This document shows, piece by piece, positions 63,429 through 64,000 of a stretch of 64,000 nt of DNA. A program made the position numbers and the translations under genes. The DNA is taken from contig NZ_JBALWW010000006.1 of the NCBI RefSeq assembly GCF_036961105.1, positions 15,239 through 79,238 on the forward strand, read 5' to 3'. This stretch comes from Halopseudomonas sp. Its GTDB lineage: Bacteria; Pseudomonadota; Gammaproteobacteria; Pseudomonadales; Pseudomonadaceae. The first letter of the stretch is position 1. Every line of letters starts with the position of its first letter. The notes under the pieces are model-generated. The model had not been told where the DNA came from. It ran no database searches and was given only the letters and a program-made list of their open reading frames with translations.

Positions 63429-64000
63429 TCAGACCACCGGGACCGAATCAATCAGCAGGTTGATCGCCTGATCGGTATCAATGCCGGCCGCTTCGGCCTC
63501 GAAGCTGAGCATGATGCGATGACGCAACACATCGTGCACTATGGCCTGTACATCCTCCGGGCTGACAAAGTCGCGCCCCGCCAACCAGGCGTGGGCCCGC
63601 GCGCAGCGGTCCAGGGCAATGGTGCCGCGCGGGCTTGCGCCCATGGTTAGCCATTCCGCCAGTTGCGGGTTGTACTGCTCGGCGCGGCGGGTAGCCATGA
63701 TCAGCTGGATCAGGTACTCCTCCACCGCGTCGGCCATGAACATCTCGAGTACTTCCTGACGGGCGCCCAGAATGCTGGCCTGGCTGATCTTGCTGCGGAT
63801 GGCGGGCTCTTCACCGCGCGCTTCGCCACGGGCCAGCTGGAGTATCTGGCGCTCCAGCGCGGCGTCGGGGAAGCCGATGCGTACATGCATGAGAAAGCGG
63901 TCGAGCTGCGCTTCGGGCAGGGGATAGGTGCCTTCCTGCTCGATCGGGTTCTGGGTCGCCATCACCATGAAGAGTTCTGGCAGGGGGTAGGTCTCGCGGC
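63429..64000 (-). CDS. moxR: MoxR AAA+ ATPase, 3' part; gene starts beyond the window end
   Basis: VMATQNPIEQEGTYPLPEAQLDRF, GASPRG, VLRHRI. Confidence 0.94.
   Translation of the reverse strand, partial: RETYPLPELFMVMATQNPIEQEGTYPLPEAQLDRFLMHVRIGFPDAALERQILQLARGEARGEEPAIRSKISQASILGARQEVLEMFMADAVEEYLIQLIMATRRAEQYNPQLAEWLTMGASPRGTIALDRCARAHAWLAGRDFVSPEDVQAIVHDVLRHRIMLSFEAEAAGIDTDQAINLLIDSVPVV

Overview
Core chromosomal segment of a GC-rich Pseudomonadaceae bacterium, by gene content and synteny most like Halopseudomonas/Pseudomonas (inference). Order: 3' end of an EAL-domain gene; tig-clpP-clpX-lon-hupB-ppiD; OprD-family porin; YuiF-like transporter; Cache-type MCP; RimB-like retropepsin; DUF2058; DUF2897; TetR divergent from an MFP-RND pair; tRNA-Asp; DUF2231 plus sorbosone-type dehydrogenase; orphan NasR-like NIT-ANTAR regulator; cobalamin riboswitch with a btuB-btuM-cob late-pathway operon; AraC/fadH; the DUF1853-nadK-metallophosphoesterase-rhomboid-yeaC-DUF2797-pepN block; two tandem YCF48 + RND/MMPL modules; a REP doublet; and a MoxR/Bat operon cut by the window end. 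I see no integrase, transposase, prophage, CRISPR array or defence system. Best unexplained signals: (1) a 27-codon, very acidic micro-ORF (37499-37582, missed by the ORF track) behind a consensus sigmaE/AlgU promoter; (2) a doubled YCF48-RND module without adjacent DUF1302/DUF1329 genes, whose RNDs are about 91% identical in a periplasmic segment but about 61% in the first TM bundle (hand counts); (3) a tetraloop-rich structured leader before the YuiF-like transporter; (4) B12 uptake through BtuB + BtuM with a signal-less BtuF-like protein; (5) an orphan sigma54-driven NasR. All family names come from recognising motifs by eye, not from database searches. Many start codons were moved from the ORF track using RBS or overlap evidence.
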